IMG/VR virus record: IMGVR_UViG_2030936005_000022
Location: 1-64,000 of that record
Source: an uncultured virus (IMG/VR IMGVR_UViG_2030936005_000022)
Lineage: Duplodnaviria > Heunggongvirae > Uroviricota > Caudoviricetes
Length of the DNA stretch: 64,000 nt
Strand: one strand, 5' to 3'
The notes under the pieces are model-generated. The model saw nothing but the letters and a program-made list of their open reading frames with translations, did not search any database and was not told where the DNA came from. The position numbers and the translations under genes were made by a program. Shown here piece after piece: positions 50,990 to 59,908 of this stretch. Within the stretch, counting starts at the first letter, position 1; each line of letters opens with the position of its first letter.

Positions 50990-51014
50990 AAAAAACCCAG
51001 CACATGGCTGGGTT
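50990..51014 (-). terminator. Intrinsic terminator
   Basis: AACCCAGC-ACATG-GCTGGGTT with a T-run. Confidence 0.8.
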
Positions 51015-51019
51015 AATTT

Positions 51020-51442
51020 TTATTTACGATCTAGTATCTCACCAAGGGTGGTATCTGGATGTTCTTCTAAACTGATATCAACACCGATAATTTCTTCGAA
51101 GGTGATAATAATTTCAGCCATATCGAGTGAATCAATGTTTTCTAGTTCAGTGATATCATGAATGGTAAAACTGCGAGTTAGATAAATCTTACTACCGTGT
51201 GCGTTTGAAACTACCTCTGACATTTTCTCAAGATAGTACTCTTCAGGTGTAGGAGGTGGTTGTGGTGCAACCATTGGAGCTTTACTTGCAATTTCCGCAT
51301 TGGTAATTTCATTTACAGTGATTTGCTTCATGTACTGAGTAGCTTCCTGTACTTTATGAAGAATAGCATAACGTTCCGCAGTATCTTCAGTACCGAAGTA
51401 ATGCTCCATTAGTAGATCAATAATCTCATTTAGACTTGGCAT
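51020..51442 (-). CDS. Protein with C-terminal acyl-carrier-protein-like domain
   Basis: IDSLDMAEIIITFEE..GVDIS..TTLGEI matches the ACP DSL helix-II pattern. Confidence 0.7.
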   Translation of the reverse strand: MPSLNEIIDLLMEHYFGTEDTAERYAILHKVQEATQYMKQITVNEITNAEIASKAPMVAPQPPPTPEEYYLEKMSEVVSNAHGSKIYLTRSFTIHDITELENIDSLDMAEIIITFEEIIGVDISLEEHPDTTLGEILDRK

Positions 51443-52013
51443 TTTTAATCCTATCTTTGAATCCCGCAGTTACGCGAATTAGTATTCGTTGACATTCACC
51501 TTCCATAATCGGACAGCTATGCAACACCTTGCTAGTGTACTTGTGTACCCAATTGATAGCAGCATTATACTCAACAAATTCATTCTTTGCAAGCACTTCT
51601 TGCACTGATTTACATCCAGTAATATCCATTGGCTCTAGTATGAATTTTGTACCGATAACTGTACTGTAAATGAGATGCGTTTCTGGATCGAAATCATCCC
51701 ATATGTCATTACAACAGTCAAGGTGGTATCCGTAGATACCACTACCTGAATCACCTTCATTTAATGAACGTACTTTATAATCAATTACCATTTCACGATT
51801 ATCATACTGTTTCATTGCTTTCATCATATCTTCAATTAGTGGTTTCAATGATGGATCACACATTTGAAGTACTTTTGAAGGTTTTTCATACTTGAGTACT
51901 AAATCAGGGATAGTATGTTTTGGTGGCTCATAACTAAACAAGTAACAGTCTATACTACCCACGGGGTTTAAATTAGTATCCAACTTCAAAATTCTGAATA
52001 GTAACTTGACCAT
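51426..52013 (-). CDS. 2OG-Fe(II) oxygenase-like protein (start uncertain)
   Basis: GYHLD..H..LHSCP..QRILIRVT (HxD..H..R layout). Confidence 0.5.
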   Translation of the reverse strand: MVKLLFRILKLDTNLNPVGSIDCYLFSYEPPKHTIPDLVLKYEKPSKVLQMCDPSLKPLIEDMMKAMKQYDNREMVIDYKVRSLNEGDSGSGIYGYHLDCCNDIWDDFDPETHLIYSTVIGTKFILEPMDITGCKSVQEVLAKNEFVEYNAAINWVHKYTSKVLHSCPIMEGECQRILIRVTAGFKDRIKNAKSK

Positions 52014-52452
52014 CTTTGGTCGCGATAACCAACCAATCAGTACCTAGTGCTTCTGACATTGAATACACTGGAACATCTAGTTCGATATCATTACATTCAC
52101 TTTTAGTTAGACCAGCATTAATTGCTGCGTACTTTTCACTAGGATTATCATTATCAATATCCCAACCTAGATAGCATTCTAGGAAATCTCCCAATTCACT
52201 CCAACCTTCTAGATCGTTGTGAATATATACTTGAGTAGTGTGAGTACATTCTTCACCATCATTCCAACCGGGAGTATAACCAGTTACATAAATGTGGGTT
52301 AGTTTGGGATACTTTGCGAATACTTCTGGGAAGTACTGTTCAAGTAGTTGAACACCTTTTTCACGTGCAGATTCTTTTAAGATCTCAATTTGTGCGTCAC
52401 GACGAACACCAATTTCTTTTAGTTCTTTATCGATATTAATAGCCACACTCAT
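51973..52452 (-). CDS. Conserved hypothetical protein, paralog A
   Basis: YTPGWNDGEECTH motif. Confidence 0.65.
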   Translation of the reverse strand: MSVAINIDKELKEIGVRRDAQIEILKESAREKGVQLLEQYFPEVFAKYPKLTHIYVTGYTPGWNDGEECTHTTQVYIHNDLEGWSELGDFLECYLGWDIDNDNPSEKYAAINAGLTKSECNDIELDVPVYSMSEALGTDWLVIATKDGQVTIQNFEVGY

Positions 52453-52879
52453 AATCTCCATCTTGGATTGAAATAGTACCGTCTACTTCACGTTTAGCAA
52501 AAACGTACCAATCAGTACCGTTTTGTTCTTCTAGTAGACCTTCAATGCCATCAATTGCATCTTCAATTTCGCGGCGTTGTTGGTTTGAGATGTTCGCGTT
52601 GATTTCACGTTCTTCAATCTCTTCTTCATCTGCATCATCTTCAAGGTATTCTTCAACGAAATCCATGATTTCACCACTTTCAATTGCTACGTGTTGAATA
52701 TGATAGCATGGATCACCGTCATTGAAACTAGGTGTATAAGCATATACAAAGACCATATCTAGGTCTTCATATTGTGCAAAGATATCTTCAAAGAAGGATT
52801 TTACCATTTCAGCCCCATGCTTCTCTACTAAATCTTTTGCTGATGCAATGTGCATACGATAATCTTGAATATAGCTCAT
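52436..52879 (-). CDS. Conserved hypothetical protein, paralog B
   Basis: YTPSFNDGDPCYH motif. Confidence 0.65.
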   Translation of the reverse strand: MSYIQDYRMHIASAKDLVEKHGAEMVKSFFEDIFAQYEDLDMVFVYAYTPSFNDGDPCYHIQHVAIESGEIMDFVEEYLEDDADEEEIEEREINANISNQQRREIEDAIDGIEGLLEEQNGTDWYVFAKREVDGTISIQDGDYECGY

Positions 52880-52887
52880 TTTAGATC

Positions 52888-54132
52888 TCACTTTTTGTTG
52901 TACCAATACATTTCATATAATTCTTCCATCACTTTTGCTGCAACCTTAATATCAGGCTTTTTGCGAAGTTGTGAGGACTTGACTAGTACTTCACGAATAT
53001 AAACCTCTTTATCGTTAAAGTACTGCATCATTTCTTCATAGGACCATGCACCATTTCGGATAGCTAATAACTCTGCTGCATCTGGTCTACGAACGTTAAC
53101 AACACCAGTAGTTAATGCTTCTTCGGCGGTGCGTAGAAGACGTACTACATGCATTGCATGTTTCGTATCATATCCATTTTTGGATTCAAGTTCCGAACGT
53201 TTTGCGTTGCGGTTCTTTTTCCAATCATGGTAGTGCTTACGGTTTTCGTTGTTCTCTTCAAACTCTTTACGATTGAATTTAACAATAAGTGCAGGAGTAA
53301 CTTTTAATTCCTCTGGAGTACGTTCTTTCTTACTATCCCATAAGAGGTTACCTAGACCCATTAGAGTCTTACTGCCTTCTTTTTCTACTACTGCAAAAAT
53401 ATCACTTCCGTAATGGATTAGTTCGTAATCATAATTGTAATGAGTAAGACTAAAATCACGATCAAGTACTTTCTCTGGTAGATAGTTGTGAACTAAACGG
53501 ACGAAGTGATGTTGTGCTAGTGGTACGGTACTGATAAGCTGCAACGAAGTATCACGCATGAATTTATCAAAATCAATGATAGTTTTGATATACATACCTT
53601 TACCTTTCGATGTATCAATACGATCAATTACGTAATCTGGGAAGTAATCATACATCCAATCAATAACTTGCTGGCAAGGATATTGGCTCCAGATTTCACG
53701 CAAACGCCGTTCTGCAATTTGCTCTTTCGCCATCCAACCGTGATGGTTTTTCATGCGAGTAGCTTGGTTGTGTGCATAGCCAGTGTAAGTATAAGCAATC
53801 TTAGTACTCAAGAGGTCATCTCGATAAGAACGTAAGTGATCGTACATTTCAGTACGTTGCACGATATCTTTATCGTCAACCCATAGAGTTTCTAGAATGT
53901 TTGGGTTAGCATCAACGCATAGTTCCATGAAGTGATTCAACTCAAAGAATTTGGTATCTTCTTCGGTTACATCATTTACTTCCCGGACGTTGAAGAAAGG
54001 GGTTAGTACAAATTTCTTTTCGGCTAGAAAGATACCTCGAAAGTCAACATCACTTTCTGGTGTACTTGTGCCATATGCATGTGAGCCAGCATAGTGCTTA
54101 ACTATCTGGCCTTTTAGGTGGTCATCGCTCAT
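52888..54132 (-). CDS. Pol-beta superfamily nucleotidyltransferase (RlaP/YcgL-like)
   Basis: GSHAYGTSTPESDVDFRGIF, NPNILE, GYDTKHAMHVVRLL. Confidence 0.85.
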   Translation of the reverse strand: MSDDHLKGQIVKHYAGSHAYGTSTPESDVDFRGIFLAEKKFVLTPFFNVREVNDVTEEDTKFFELNHFMELCVDANPNILETLWVDDKDIVQRTEMYDHLRSYRDDLLSTKIAYTYTGYAHNQATRMKNHHGWMAKEQIAERRLREIWSQYPCQQVIDWMYDYFPDYVIDRIDTSKGKGMYIKTIIDFDKFMRDTSLQLISTVPLAQHHFVRLVHNYLPEKVLDRDFSLTHYNYDYELIHYGSDIFAVVEKEGSKTLMGLGNLLWDSKKERTPEELKVTPALIVKFNRKEFEENNENRKHYHDWKKNRNAKRSELESKNGYDTKHAMHVVRLLRTAEEALTTGVVNVRRPDAAELLAIRNGAWSYEEMMQYFNDKEVYIREVLVKSSQLRKKPDIKVAAKVMEELYEMYWYNKK

Positions 54133-54518
54133 AAAAATATAGTCATCCTATCTAAGAAACCGTTATAGTACTTCAAAAAATCCATCCGTAAAGCGTGGTA
54201 TTCATCATAGGTAAATCCTAAGTCCAATACTGTACTTTCTTGGAAGAAATTATCTTCAGTACTTAAATCGATTATATTGTATTGACTTCCTTTATTGGAA
54301 ATTTTGGTAAAATCTGTTCCATCTTCTGTGATTTCAACGAAGAAGAAATCCCCGTTAATATCCTTTGGACAAACGAAATTCAACGAACTGCGTTCAGTTC
54401 CACAGTACTCAAACTGTAGAATGTTATTGTCATTAAGGCTATAGAAAGTATCTTCGTCTAATATCTTATCACATTCCTTTATGGTTCTGATTAGTTTATA
54501 TACATCATTCTGAGTCAT
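54129..54518 (-). CDS. Hypothetical protein (FFQES paralog family)
   Basis: 129 aa. Confidence 0.6.
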   Translation of the reverse strand: MTQNDVYKLIRTIKECDKILDEDTFYSLNDNNILQFEYCGTERSSLNFVCPKDINGDFFFVEITEDGTDFTKISNKGSQYNIIDLSTEDNFFQESTVLDLGFTYDEYHALRMDFLKYYNGFLDRMTIFL

Positions 54519-54813
54519 TTAGCATCTCGACAATGGTATTAAAAACTTCAATTATAACATCACCGTGACAAACGAGAGGTGCACAAGAACACCCGATTCG
54601 TAAACCGGATAGTTCTAAAAAGTCTTCAATTTCGAATTCACCACTCTCTAGGCCATCGTAAAGGTACTGTCGGTACATTTCGACAACATATTGCCGGGTA
54701 TGTCCTTTAGATTTATCTTCTGGGAAAGGGTTGCCCCATTTGCTTCCCCTACCGATATAAACGTCAAACTCACCTTTATGGCGGTTGACGAGTACTGGAG
54801 TTATGTACTTCAT
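54505..54813 (-). CDS. DUF4326-like protein
   Basis: DVYIGRGSKWGNPF..GCSCAPLVCHGDVI. Confidence 0.85.
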   Translation of the reverse strand: MKYITPVLVNRHKGEFDVYIGRGSKWGNPFPEDKSKGHTRQYVVEMYRQYLYDGLESGEFEIEDFLELSGLRIGCSCAPLVCHGDVIIEVFNTIVEMLNDSE

Positions 54814-55307
54814 GGGAACTCCCTTGTGTATTTTTTCTCGTATTCAGCAATTTTTGCTCTGGACTCAATATTAAAGTCAATTTGAGCAGAATTTTCTTTC
54901 TTGGTTTTAATTGCATTGTATACGCTTAGGAACACTTTAGCATTTAATTCATCACTTGTCAAGGTGTATTTTGAATCAATTTGGACTTCATCTTTGTGAT
55001 GATTCAATCTAAATTTATCAAAATTATCAGTCATAATGATAAACTCCAAACCAATAGTATCTATATTGACTAAGAATTTATTATAATCTGTTGAGTACCG
55101 TTGATAGTACTTCAAACCTCTTTTGTACATTCCGTGCAATATTGGGTGTACTTTGGCGATACCATACTTTGCTTCAATAATACGCTGACGTGCATAGTCA
55201 GAACCAGATTTGTGTTCTTGAACGTACTTATAAAGTGCTTTACTTTTAGCAATTACTAATCCGTAAAAGAACGGATCATATTCGTGCTTATGAATCTTTT
55301 TGAACAT
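54810..55307 (-). CDS. Hypothetical protein
   Basis: 165 aa. Confidence 0.6.
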   Translation of the reverse strand: MFKKIHKHEYDPFFYGLVIAKSKALYKYVQEHKSGSDYARQRIIEAKYGIAKVHPILHGMYKRGLKYYQRYSTDYNKFLVNIDTIGLEFIIMTDNFDKFRLNHHKDEVQIDSKYTLTSDELNAKVFLSVYNAIKTKKENSAQIDFNIESRAKIAEYEKKYTREFP

Positions 55308-55917
55308 TATAAGTCTCCCGTATTTGACGTTTGATTGCCAATTTACGTTGTGCTTCCTCCCATGCTTCTTTATTCTTTTCGATAATATCTACACCCCTAA
55401 TAGTAGTGTAAATTAATAAAGCATGTTGTGGAGCTTCGTTGAGAACCATAATAGTACTACCAGCTTCACTTATAAGAGTGATTTCTCTTGATGTTACTTT
55501 AAACACAAAGTTGTTTTTTGTGTCAATAAGAGAGTATTCCTTTCCACTAGGAGTAATTGGTGGCTTTAATTTCTTGTGTTCAAATGCTTCACTGATAGTA
55601 TTAGCAACGCCATATTCGATTGCAGTACTAGAACCACTAGAACCTATCCATCCACCATAAAGCCGATGTGGTGGGAGAATTTCGCGAACACGAAGGAATG
55701 TTCCTTGGTATAATTCAAAAACATCCCCTTTAATTAGTGAATCAAAGATGTTCTTACATTCAAGTGGCATAGAAGCATACCAGTACTTGATGTTCATTGC
55801 CATGTTACGAATGTCATCGTTGTTTTCTCTTTCCCCATCGTACTCAAAAATCTTTTTCACGATAAACGGGTTATCAGAGTACATCATATTTGGCAGTACT
55901 GATAGAACTGATTCCAT
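55288..55917 (-). CDS. Hypothetical protein
   Basis: 209 aa. Confidence 0.6.
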   Translation of the reverse strand: MESVLSVLPNMMYSDNPFIVKKIFEYDGERENNDDIRNMAMNIKYWYASMPLECKNIFDSLIKGDVFELYQGTFLRVREILPPHRLYGGWIGSSGSSTAIEYGVANTISEAFEHKKLKPPITPSGKEYSLIDTKNNFVFKVTSREITLISEAGSTIMVLNEAPQHALLIYTTIRGVDIIEKNKEAWEEAQRKLAIKRQIRETYNVQKDS

Positions 55918-56492
55918 TAATACATTCCTCTTAGTTTATCTGAATTTTTGATAACCAACTGTTGTCTTTTTAGTTCTTCTAAGTTCTCTAGCATTTTTTT
56001 GTGCGTAGTGACAATCTTAGCAACAATTAGGCGTTCGTTGTCATTAAACATTTCACACTGAGTGCCAAAGTACAATTTAACGTACTTAGGATCATACTTT
56101 GACCATTTTACACGTTCTTTGTCATACATAGAACCACGATCGATACCACGGCTGTGGTTGAATAGTGTGAAAGATACATCATTTTTCTTATCAATGAAAT
56201 GATAACGGCGGTCATCAAAGTTCGGGGTAAATTCCCAATTATCGGGGTTTTGTACCATATCCAAAACCATTTTGTACGTATGTGGACAGTTACTTAGCCT
56301 GTACTTTACGTGTATTAGTAACTTACGACCGCTGTCTCCCCATTCGGATACGAAGTTCTTTAATAGGAATGGGCTTTTCAAAAGCATAAGAGTGTATAGT
56401 GAGCACTCAATGCTTTCATCCACATTTTCCAATTGAATCTCTTTTCTCTTCGCCCGTTCAGGGGGAATAATATTCAAGACTGGTTCTGTCAT
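55917..56492 (-). CDS. Hypothetical protein
   Basis: ATG 56492 after RBS GGAGG. Confidence 0.6.
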   Translation of the reverse strand: MTEPVLNIIPPERAKRKEIQLENVDESIECSLYTLMLLKSPFLLKNFVSEWGDSGRKLLIHVKYRLSNCPHTYKMVLDMVQNPDNWEFTPNFDDRRYHFIDKKNDVSFTLFNHSRGIDRGSMYDKERVKWSKYDPKYVKLYFGTQCEMFNDNERLIVAKIVTTHKKMLENLEELKRQQLVIKNSDKLRGMY

Positions 56493-56530
56493 ACATCCTC
56501 CAAAATCAACAAGTGCAGGTATTATAGATG

Positions 56531-56560
56531 AAAAAAAAGAGGCTGTCAATAGACAACCTC
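56531..56560 (-). terminator. Intrinsic terminator
   Basis: Minus strand GAGGTTGTC-TATT-GACAGCCTC-TTTTTTTT. Confidence 0.85.
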
Positions 56561-56566
56561 AATAAA

Positions 56567-59299
56567 TTAATGCCAACGTGTTCCTGTTCCTGAAGGGACT
56601 CCAGAACTCGCAGGGATTGCTGACCCACGTTTGGTAACGCTTGGTCTGTATGTTAGGAAACGTGTAACTTTTTCCGTAGTGATGGTATCAATACTTGTTG
56701 CACCAGTTACTATAGTACCAATGAAGCAATCTGTCAAGGACTCTGTGAGAAGAGTTGTTGATATGACATATGTTGCTTTTTTAGTTACTCGGTCCATCCG
56801 TACATAAAGATAAAACGTTGTATTGGCTGGGTTAGGTTTAATCGTTGTTAGATTATACGATACCGGGGCAATCTTGTCAAATATACCACCTAAGAAAACT
56901 GGAACTTCTTGTGTTATATACACATTAAATCCTTGTGGAACTTCCTGTGCTGCAACTACAATTCTATCCGTTACCGAACCAGTGTTTGCTATCATACCAT
57001 CCATTTGTGCTTCAGATGTTCCATAAAGCCCAAATACGGATTTGGTCGCTGAATCACTCCATGAATGATCATATATACCAAACCCAACTCCCGGTAGTAC
57101 TCCCGGTTCGAACGAACCAGTTTGAACATATGATTGTTGTAATGTTCTACTACTTTGTATTGTACCACTTTTAATTTTACCAATAAAGCAATACCATGTG
57201 GTATTTGCTGGAACGTTAAAACCATGAACACTACTAACACCAATGTAATTAAAACCACTAAATTTAGCAATTGTTAATCCATTAAATCTTCGAGTAACAT
57301 CATTAGAAGTAACATCAGTTACATTACTATAACCATTAGAGACAGAAGTACTAATAACACTACCACCAGTAATTGCATTTGAACTCAAGGTCAAAGCTAC
57401 TTCTGCTGTTATGATAGATCCTACGTTTGTATTACTTCTAGATTTCACAACAGCAATTGAATTACCAAATGATGAATCTGGAACATAAAAAATAGTTATT
57501 AAACTTTTGGTTAAATTTGTTAACCCAGCATTTGATATAATAGAATTTTTTAAATTCTGCATAACGGTGTTTGTCATCGTATAACTATTATCAAAAACTC
57601 CAGTACTAGTATTATACTTCCCTTGTGCTGGCTTTGTATATCCTTCAATGAAAGAAGAAGCATATGCACTAACATCACCATTTGCTTCAATCAATGAAAT
57701 CATAGCAGTGTATTGTTCAGTACTTGCACCCGAACCAATAATAGAACGTGTTTGTGGTTCATAACCAGTAAGAGTTCCATGTAGGATTGAATTATAAGTA
57801 TAGGTTCTTGTACTTCCTAATGTGGTAGTACTGTAAGAACTGTACGATGTTGTATTACCATTTTCTGTACCAGCACATGCAAGTACTAATTTGTTTTTAG
57901 TTAAGAATCTAACACCTAATAAGTTTTCACCAATTCCTGAACCAAATATAGGGTTAATATTTGCTGATTGTCTAGATGCAGTACGGGTAACTAAATTCCA
58001 TGAATTGTATGTATCAGTTTGATTAACACTAGCAGTAGAAAGTCCATATGTCGGACCAGATGACCATCTTGATTTATTACTAACAACGAAACCATCACTA
58101 GTTTGGCAAACACTACCAGTATTACCCAATGACAAACCATAACCTGTAATATTAACGGTATCAATTTGATATGGATCGACACGTGTAAAGTTTGTTCCAC
58201 CAGCATCAGCCGAAATTGAAATCGTATTACCCACTGTTTGATCATATGTTATTGTTTTAGTACTAATATTGTAGACGAAGCTAAACCCACTACCAAGCAT
58301 ATTTGTAACAGAAGTATCTGTTAATGCACGAGTACTGAACCATATTGCAACGCGAACTGAAGTATTATCACTATTTGGAACACAATATAAATTATATCTT
58401 TCCAAATTCTGCCAGTTTTCAACATTATTAATATTATTATTGATTGTATACAACGAAGGATCTGAAGAACTAAAACTACTATACATATCCCATATTCTAA
58501 TATTTGTACTATTAGTGTATGCGGTATTTCTTACTGTTTTACCATTATATCCAGTTACACGTGTCATGGAATTGATATTTCCAGCACGAATACTTGCCAC
58601 CGGAACGGTATATAGCACTAGAGCATATCCATTGTTTGTAACAGTTGTATCTTTACCCCAAATGAATACATTCGAGCCAATAACTGACGCATTTACTGGA
58701 TCAAAGTTTGTAAAAGTACTAACCGGGAATTGTGCCGATTGGTGAGATACAATACTTAAAGTACTATTTGTTAATGCTAATATGTAGGTATCACCAGAAG
58801 TTCCACCTGTTGTTTTGTAAAATAATATATCATATGCATTTGATGCATAGAATTGGCTTATTTCTTGATTAGCTGTGAATATAGAAGGTCGATATTCGGT
58901 ATTTGTGGTAACAACATCACTTTGTTGTAATCCTGAAATAGAACGAATATTTCTAACATAAGTGTAATAATATCCATATGTACTACCATTTGTACCAGAA
59001 CGTAGATATACACATGTACCATCATCTTCAAGGATAATTGGTTGTAAGTATTTTATGTACGAATAGTTAGATGCACCAGTGAAAGAACCACTTACGTTCA
59101 CAGGTAGATAATCCATTGTACCAATACGGGATACTGGAAGCATCCCTAGTATAGTGTCAATTTCATCTTTTCGATAATATGGATAATCAACATTACCGTT
59201 TGCATCAGCACCGATTCCGTTGAATGTGCGAAATGTGTTTCTATCGTTTACTTGTAGGTTTCCTGAAACTTCAAGGTTACCATATATTTTCTTTGACAT
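56567..59299 (-). CDS. Large virion (fibre/baseplate appendage) protein, paralog 3
   Basis: S/T/N-rich; shares N- and C-terminal modules with the next two genes. Confidence 0.65.
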   Translation of the reverse strand: MSKKIYGNLEVSGNLQVNDRNTFRTFNGIGADANGNVDYPYYRKDEIDTILGMLPVSRIGTMDYLPVNVSGSFTGASNYSYIKYLQPIILEDDGTCVYLRSGTNGSTYGYYYTYVRNIRSISGLQQSDVVTTNTEYRPSIFTANQEISQFYASNAYDILFYKTTGGTSGDTYILALTNSTLSIVSHQSAQFPVSTFTNFDPVNASVIGSNVFIWGKDTTVTNNGYALVLYTVPVASIRAGNINSMTRVTGYNGKTVRNTAYTNSTNIRIWDMYSSFSSSDPSLYTINNNINNVENWQNLERYNLYCVPNSDNTSVRVAIWFSTRALTDTSVTNMLGSGFSFVYNISTKTITYDQTVGNTISISADAGGTNFTRVDPYQIDTVNITGYGLSLGNTGSVCQTSDGFVVSNKSRWSSGPTYGLSTASVNQTDTYNSWNLVTRTASRQSANINPIFGSGIGENLLGVRFLTKNKLVLACAGTENGNTTSYSSYSTTTLGSTRTYTYNSILHGTLTGYEPQTRSIIGSGASTEQYTAMISLIEANGDVSAYASSFIEGYTKPAQGKYNTSTGVFDNSYTMTNTVMQNLKNSIISNAGLTNLTKSLITIFYVPDSSFGNSIAVVKSRSNTNVGSIITAEVALTLSSNAITGGSVISTSVSNGYSNVTDVTSNDVTRRFNGLTIAKFSGFNYIGVSSVHGFNVPANTTWYCFIGKIKSGTIQSSRTLQQSYVQTGSFEPGVLPGVGFGIYDHSWSDSATKSVFGLYGTSEAQMDGMIANTGSVTDRIVVAAQEVPQGFNVYITQEVPVFLGGIFDKIAPVSYNLTTIKPNPANTTFYLYVRMDRVTKKATYVISTTLLTESLTDCFIGTIVTGATSIDTITTEKVTRFLTYRPSVTKRGSAIPASSGVPSGTGTRWH

Positions 59300-59307
59300 A
59301 ATATTCC

Positions 59308-59898
59308 TTACCAATTAATTGAGCCAGTCTGTGCTGGGTTACCAGTACTAACAGGGAATGCCGCACCGATTTTTGTAGTACTCGGACGATATGTACCAAA
59401 TCTCGAAACTTTTGAAATTGAGTTCGATGTTACCTGAGTAGCATTAGTAGTTATCTTTCCGACAAACATACAAACTTCAGTTTCACTTTGTTCACGAATT
59501 GAGAAATCATATGTCGGTTCACCTTGTTCTAATTTGACGTAAACGCAAAACGTCTGGTTTGTTGCAGGTGTATTATATAGTGCTAAATTATATGATGCTA
59601 TCGGCATATAAGTTAAAGAACCCGCCATAAACATCGGAATAGCTTTATTGAATGTTAAAACTAAACCACTGCTTGTTATATTAAATGATGAACTGTCGTA
59701 TAAATCACCGAACTGACTTAATGGCAGTTCGCGTAAAATATAGTTAGCATCATCTTTTGTTACTAACGGGACCGAAATGGCCCCATTAGTGTTTGCATAG
59801 TAGGTTCCCGTATTTGTAGTAATGGACAACCCTGTATTTTTATTTTGTACAACAATGTTTTTTGCTGCGTTAACATGTGCCTTTATAACAAATGCCAT
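59308..59898 (-). CDS. Short virion protein, paralog 2
   Basis: Consists of the shared terminal modules only. Confidence 0.65.
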   Translation of the reverse strand: MAFVIKAHVNAAKNIVVQNKNTGLSITTNTGTYYANTNGAISVPLVTKDDANYILRELPLSQFGDLYDSSSFNITSSGLVLTFNKAIPMFMAGSLTYMPIASYNLALYNTPATNQTFCVYVKLEQGEPTYDFSIREQSETEVCMFVGKITTNATQVTSNSISKVSRFGTYRPSTTKIGAAFPVSTGNPAQTGSINW

Positions 59899-59908
59899 TT
59901 TAGTCTCC

